Source: Ktedonobacteraceae bacterium (GTDB lineage: Bacteria > Chloroflexota > Ktedonobacteria > Ktedonobacterales > Ktedonobacteraceae). Taken from it: 64,000 nucleotides of DNA. The position numbers and the translations under genes are program-made. Shown here piece by piece: positions 60,270 to 64,000 of this stretch (position 1 is its first letter; each line of letters begins with the position of its first letter). The notes under the pieces were generated by a model, which was not told the origin of the DNA, did no database searches, and saw nothing but the letters and a program-made list of their open reading frames with translations. The DNA lies in contig DATJHM010000048.1 in the NCBI GenBank assembly GCA_035493895.1, positions 725 through 64,724 on the forward strand, written 5' to 3'.

Positions 60270-62195
60270 ATGAACACGTTTGCCCATCTTCACAAGAGGA
60301 GAGCGTTGTCCTCCTCATCTTCGTTTACCCACAAGTCGCCACCACAACACTCACTCACCACCTCGCTAAACCAGCGGAGTGCTGGATCTACGACTGCGTT
60401 ATCGGCCTCTGCTGATTCAGGAAATGCTCCTGTTGCATTTGATCTTAGCCGTCTGCCTCTTTTTGCACAGCGTGAGACCAATCCTGCGAACGCTGACGTG
60501 GACCTCCCTCGACAGAATGAGGCGGGCGCAGAGACCCCACTCGCACAGCGCATCCGTGCAGCTATTGCTACAGGTGGTCATCCCCTGGAAGGTCGTGTAC
60601 AACGTCGGTTGGAGCAGGGATTGGGCGCGAATCTCTCGGCGGTGCGTGTGCATAGCGATGTCAATGCGAGCACACTGGCGCGATCGGTGAATGCACTGGC
60701 CTTTACCACGGGTCGTGATATTTTCTTCCGGTCGGGCATGTATCATCCTGACACGCGACGGGGGATGTCCTTGCTCGCTCACGAGGCCACCCACACCTTA
60801 CAGCAAGCGGCGGGTCCTGTTTCCGGCACGCCAGGGGCAGGTGGTATCAACATCAGCCAGCCAGGTGATCGTTTCGAGCGGGCCGCATCTTCGGCTGCCA
60901 GACAGATTGCCGCCGGGCAGGTAGCGCCTATGCGAGCTGCATCTGTGTCGCGTTCGGCTACTGGTGGGGTTCCCCTGACCATTCAACGCGCCGTCGGGTT
61001 CGAGGTCGAACTCAATGTACCGATCAGCCTCTATAATCCAGGGATGAACGATAATCTTGCCGCGAATGTACGTCCCCAGAATGATGATTGGGCCAATGCG
61101 CGTGTTCCTGTACCATACAAGCAAGTTGCCTATTCGCTGAAGCGCAATAAAGAAGAGCCATCGACCATTTATACAGATGCGCATCTCGCAGTTGTGCCGG
61201 ATATCGGCAACGATTTCGTCTCCAAACAACGCATGGAAATAGTTACAACCCCCATCGATACCACCAATGCCATGAATATTACGGCGGAAATAGCGACGTT
61301 GCAGGCAGAAATGCAGACATTCTACAACCATATTCAGCCTAACAATCCTGACACTGCTCGCTTTTTGCTGCCGAACGGGGCTGGCTCTGAACAACGTGCA
61401 ATGGTCGGCATTCCCACGAGCGCCGATCCTATGGGCGTGTTCCTCCCGGCGAGCCGGGCTAAAGTCAGTTTTGCTGGCATTTTACAGGCGACGGCAGGGG
61501 TCTACACACATAAGCTTGTGAACCTGCATACCGCGGTGGCAGAGGGAAATAGTGGAGCGAATCCGGCGTACTATGCCGCGCTCCAATCCCCAAAAAATAG
61601 AAATCAAACCATTGCTACGAATGCGAAAATGATTGCTAATACCGTTTACACGGACACGAATGCAGGCACTCTGCGGAAATTCAATGCTGAGAATGCGCAG
61701 GCTGCTGAAGCCTTGATGGGGTTTCTCACACTGGTTGCAGCATACCTGCTGGGTGGGGAAGCAAGCAGGGTGGAGAGCAGCAATCCGAAAAATATCACCG
61801 GACTGTTCTCGCGTAGCGCATTTAGCCGCATACGAACGGATGGATTATCAACAAAGGGTGAGCGATGGGTCTATGGGAATGCGACATTGCTCACCAAGAA
61901 TTTTGCCACTGCGACAAAGAGAAAGCTTGATGAACCTCTCTACAACGATCCTGGCCTGGAGAATAACACCACGACCGTAAAGGCGTTCCTGCTCAGCGCC
62001 TTCACAGATACACACGGTCGCGACCCCTTTACCGAGAATGAGAGCAAAAATCTGCTCGGCCCGGAGAATCTTGGCGGACCAAAGCCGGGAGCCGTCCTCG
62101 AATTTCGTCAGATTAGCGGCGCGGGGGGCAATCCAGCAGCCTGGGCCACGAAGATGGAAGAGGTCGCTCAGGACATTCGACAGCTCAATGTTTAA
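60270..62195 (+). CDS. DUF4157 (zincin-like, eCIS/polymorphic-toxin-associated) domain protein with large uncharacterised C-terminal region
   Basis: PLEGRVQRRLEQGLGANLSAVRVHSDVNASTLARSVNALAFTTGRDIFFRSGMYHPDTRRGMSLLAHEATHTLQQ matches the DUF4157 signature. The ATG at 60270 lies 6 nt after AAGGAG. The ORF-track start at 59919 is rejected. Confidence 0.8.
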   Translation: MNTFAHLHKRRALSSSSSFTHKSPPQHSLTTSLNQRSAGSTTALSASADSGNAPVAFDLSRLPLFAQRETNPANADVDLPRQNEAGAETPLAQRIRAAIATGGHPLEGRVQRRLEQGLGANLSAVRVHSDVNASTLARSVNALAFTTGRDIFFRSGMYHPDTRRGMSLLAHEATHTLQQAAGPVSGTPGAGGINISQPGDRFERAASSAARQIAAGQVAPMRAASVSRSATGGVPLTIQRAVGFEVELNVPISLYNPGMNDNLAANVRPQNDDWANARVPVPYKQVAYSLKRNKEEPSTIYTDAHLAVVPDIGNDFVSKQRMEIVTTPIDTTNAMNITAEIATLQAEMQTFYNHIQPNNPDTARFLLPNGAGSEQRAMVGIPTSADPMGVFLPASRAKVSFAGILQATAGVYTHKLVNLHTAVAEGNSGANPAYYAALQSPKNRNQTIATNAKMIANTVYTDTNAGTLRKFNAENAQAAEALMGFLTLVAAYLLGGEASRVESSNPKNITGLFSRSAFSRIRTDGLSTKGERWVYGNATLLTKNFATATKRKLDEPLYNDPGLENNTTTVKAFLLSAFTDTHGRDPFTENESKNLLGPENLGGPKPGAVLEFRQISGAGGNPAAWATKMEEVAQDIRQLNV

Positions 62196-62304
62196 AGGCG
62201 TGCCCACTCTATCCAGGAGAGAGCGTAATCACACAGATTCGCTCTTTTCTCTTCCACGCCACTTGTATACAGGGCCACCAAACAGGCGGCTAAACAACAA
62301 TTTT

Positions 62305-62355
62305 GTGCTTCACGGTATGGGGACTACTACATCCATTCCCCATACCGTGAAGCAC
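62305..62355. terminator. 19-bp perfect hairpin between convergent genes
   Basis: GTGCTTCACGGTATGGGGA (62305-62323) pairs with TCCCCATACCGTGAAGCAC (62337-62355). Confidence 0.6.
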
Positions 62356-62430
62356 CTATAAGACACATCATTCAAACGGGATCTCTGCCCCCACACAACA
62401 GGCATTCACCTTCTCGAAGAAACAGGACAG

Positions 62431-62456
62431 GTAGGGGCAGGGCTTCATGCCTGCCC
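62431..62456. repeat. REP-like element, family f (GTAGGGGCAGGGCTTCATGCCTGCCC)
   Basis: A GTAG head plus the imperfect palindrome GGGCAGGGC / GCCTGCCC. Confidence 0.6.
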
Positions 62457-62500
62457 GGTGAGGGCGACGATTCCGTTCGAAAAAACGTTTCGTCAAGCGT

Positions 62501-63334
62501 TCAGGCGTACTCCCAATCCATCTTCTTCAGCAGACTCTGCAATGCTTGCGAGGCACTCTGGAACAGATTCGGACCGCTGAAGCCCTGGAACTGACCCGCA
62601 GCTTTCAGATGCGGCTCCAGCGCCAGGAAGCCATCATAGCCATCCTTACGTAATCGTTCCAGCAGTTCGGGCCAGTGCCCTTCCCCTTCACCAGCGGGAA
62701 CCAGCGTGCCATCTGCGCGCACATCCTTGACGTGCACATAATCCAACCAGGGCAGGGTCGCCTCGTACGCATCGGGATAGGGTACCTGCTCGCATTGGAG
62801 ATAGTTTGCTGGATCAAGCACGGAGCGGAGAGCGGGACTCTGAATCGCCTGGAAGATATCGACGTTGCGTGCAATCGTATCGCCGTAAATATCTTTCTCG
62901 TTTTCATGCACCAGCGTCACTCCGGCAGCCTGCGCACGTTCTGTCAGCACACCGAGGCGGCGTAGCACCTCTTCGCGATAGCTTGCCGGGTCAGCATCTG
63001 GCTGGCTGGCGGGTGCATAGAAGGAGAACATGCGAATATAGGCAGTGTTCAGACGTTGGGCGACCGTCAACGCACGCTCAAATTGTTTCAGATGTTCCTC
63101 GAAAGCGAAATCGACCGGCACTTTTCCGATGGGCGAGGCAATGGCCGCAACGCCAATCCCATTTGCTTTCAGCGTTTGCCCGACCTCCGCAACCTGTTCG
63201 TCGCTGAGCGAGAGCACATTGATGCCCCACACGCCGCGTAGCTCAATAAAGTGAATATGTTCGCGTTTGAGCACCTCGATCTGCTCATTCAGATCTGGCG
63301 ATATTTCGTCTGCAAAAGCAGAGAGACGAATCAT
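62501..63334 (-). CDS. sugar phosphate isomerase/epimerase (xylose-isomerase-like TIM barrel)
   Basis: 277 aa. FIELRGVWG..., LVHENEKDIYGD and HVKD motifs typical of the AP_endonuc_2 / TIM-barrel family. Confidence 0.8.
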   Translation of the reverse strand: MIRLSAFADEISPDLNEQIEVLKREHIHFIELRGVWGINVLSLSDEQVAEVGQTLKANGIGVAAIASPIGKVPVDFAFEEHLKQFERALTVAQRLNTAYIRMFSFYAPASQPDADPASYREEVLRRLGVLTERAQAAGVTLVHENEKDIYGDTIARNVDIFQAIQSPALRSVLDPANYLQCEQVPYPDAYEATLPWLDYVHVKDVRADGTLVPAGEGEGHWPELLERLRKDGYDGFLALEPHLKAAGQFQGFSGPNLFQSASQALQSLLKKMDWEYA

Positions 63335-64000
63335 GAGAGTACGATCTCCTTCCCTGTTCTAGCGGCTTCGTAGACGCCGAGAATAATCTCAACCGGATGG
63401 CGTCCCGCCTGTGCATCCACCAGCGGTGTGCCATCTTCACGGATCGCCTGGATCATATTGGTGATCTGCTGGGCATGGGTATTGGCCTGCAAAGCGGCGG
63501 GGTCTTTAGCTGTCGTGCTATCAGTGCTTGCACCACTTCCCTTCTTGGCCCCGCCGTAAGGACCAAGCTCCTCCTGATCATCGCGTGCCAGATGCAAATA
63601 GCCAAGACGGTCATTCTCGATAATGGCAGAGCCCTTGTCGCCGAAGATCTCGATACGCGTGACTGCTCCTGGATAGCCACCTGTTGTGGCTGAAATGGTT
63701 CCGAGCGCGCCATTGGCAAAGCGCAGAACGGCCACGGCCACGTCCTCGGTCTCCATCTGGTGTACCAGCGTATCGGTATAGGCCCGGATGCTTTTTACGG
63801 GTCCCATTAGCCACTGAAGTACATCAATCGAGTGGATCGATTGGTTCATCAGGATACCGCCGCCGTCCAGTTCCCACGTTCCGCGCCATGCGCCGCTATC
63901 GTAGTATTTCTGCGAGCGCCACCATGGAATAGCCGCATTTCCCAGTACCAGACGACCAAATGCTCCCTCTTGCACCAGCTTATGGACCTGGACTGCGGCA
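63331..64000 (-). CDS. Gfo/Idh/MocA family oxidoreductase, C-terminal part; 5' end lies beyond the window
   Basis: GAFGRLVLGNA...WRGTWELDGGGILMNQSIHSIDVLQWLMGPV is the C-terminal dimerisation domain. The frame stays open to the window edge, and the stop overlaps the next gene's start. Confidence 0.8.
   Translation of the reverse strand, partial: AAVQVHKLVQEGAFGRLVLGNAAIPWWRSQKYYDSGAWRGTWELDGGGILMNQSIHSIDVLQWLMGPVKSIRAYTDTLVHQMETEDVAVAVLRFANGALGTISATTGGYPGAVTRIEIFGDKGSAIIENDRLGYLHLARDDQEELGPYGGAKKGSGASTDSTTAKDPAALQANTHAQQITNMIQAIREDGTPLVDAQAGRHPVEIILGVYEAARTGKEIVLS

Noticed and set aside
1-64000. Transposase, integrase, phage or plasmid genes that could explain the repeats or the accessory genes.
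   Set aside because: No ORF in any frame shows DDE, Y1, tyrosine or serine recombinase motifs, or phage structural motifs, that I can recognise. The only mobile-element-like sequences are non-autonomous repeats.

Overview
The window is a 64-kb chromosomal segment of about 55% GC with roughly 45 protein genes. The gene content suggests a large-genome Chloroflexota or Ktedonobacteria-like organism: many Ser/Thr kinases with WD40, FHA or zinc-ribbon modules, PT-linker glycosidases, and dense GTAG-headed palindromic repeats. This taxonomic call is inference only.

Housekeeping and metabolic genes include:
- cell envelope: a PBP2/FtsI-type transpeptidase, two tandem MurJ flippase paralogs, an MscS channel and a GH18 chitinase;
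- metabolism: homoserine dehydrogenase, mannose-1-P guanylyltransferase, an acyl-CoA desaturase, a ThiO-like FAD oxidase, an M29 aminopeptidase, an SDR and an HDAC-family deacetylase;
- transport: an NCS1 permease and a SatP-type acetate channel;
- a CoxD/CoxE/XdhC maturation set;
- LysR, Lrp and ECF-sigma regulators.

I found no rRNA, CRISPR array, transposase or integrase.

The most unusual content is five copies of a fixed-geometry, roughly 210-nt cassette at 2250-2460, 4484-4692, 7080-7291, 7345-7554 and 7608-7818.
- Each cassette has a consensus TTGACA-17-TATATT promoter, a 5' hairpin and two tandem tRNA-like modules.
- Module 2 keeps an invariant alanine-type acceptor (G3:U70, A73), while its anticodon arm differs in every copy, with 7-9 nt loops.
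- Module 1 has tRNA D, anticodon and T arms, but its acceptor is replaced by a long bulged leader-trailer helix.
- The cassettes sit directly in front of an LRV/HEAT-repeat protein, a kinase-WD40 protein and a MoxR-ATPase/vWA-metallopeptidase pair.

Other notable items:
- a 1714-aa zinc-ribbon / STAND-like ATPase / NYN-RNase protein flanked by repeat mosaics;
- a three-copy, roughly 400-bp structured repeat family;
- several GTAG-headed REP/BIME-like families, including one presence/absence polymorphism and a 214-bp MITE-like element;
- a DUF4157 toxin-like protein;
- a PD-(D/E)XK nuclease islet;
- an FHA pseudokinase;
- two gene remnants.

All functional calls rest on motif recognition by eye. 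No database search was run.
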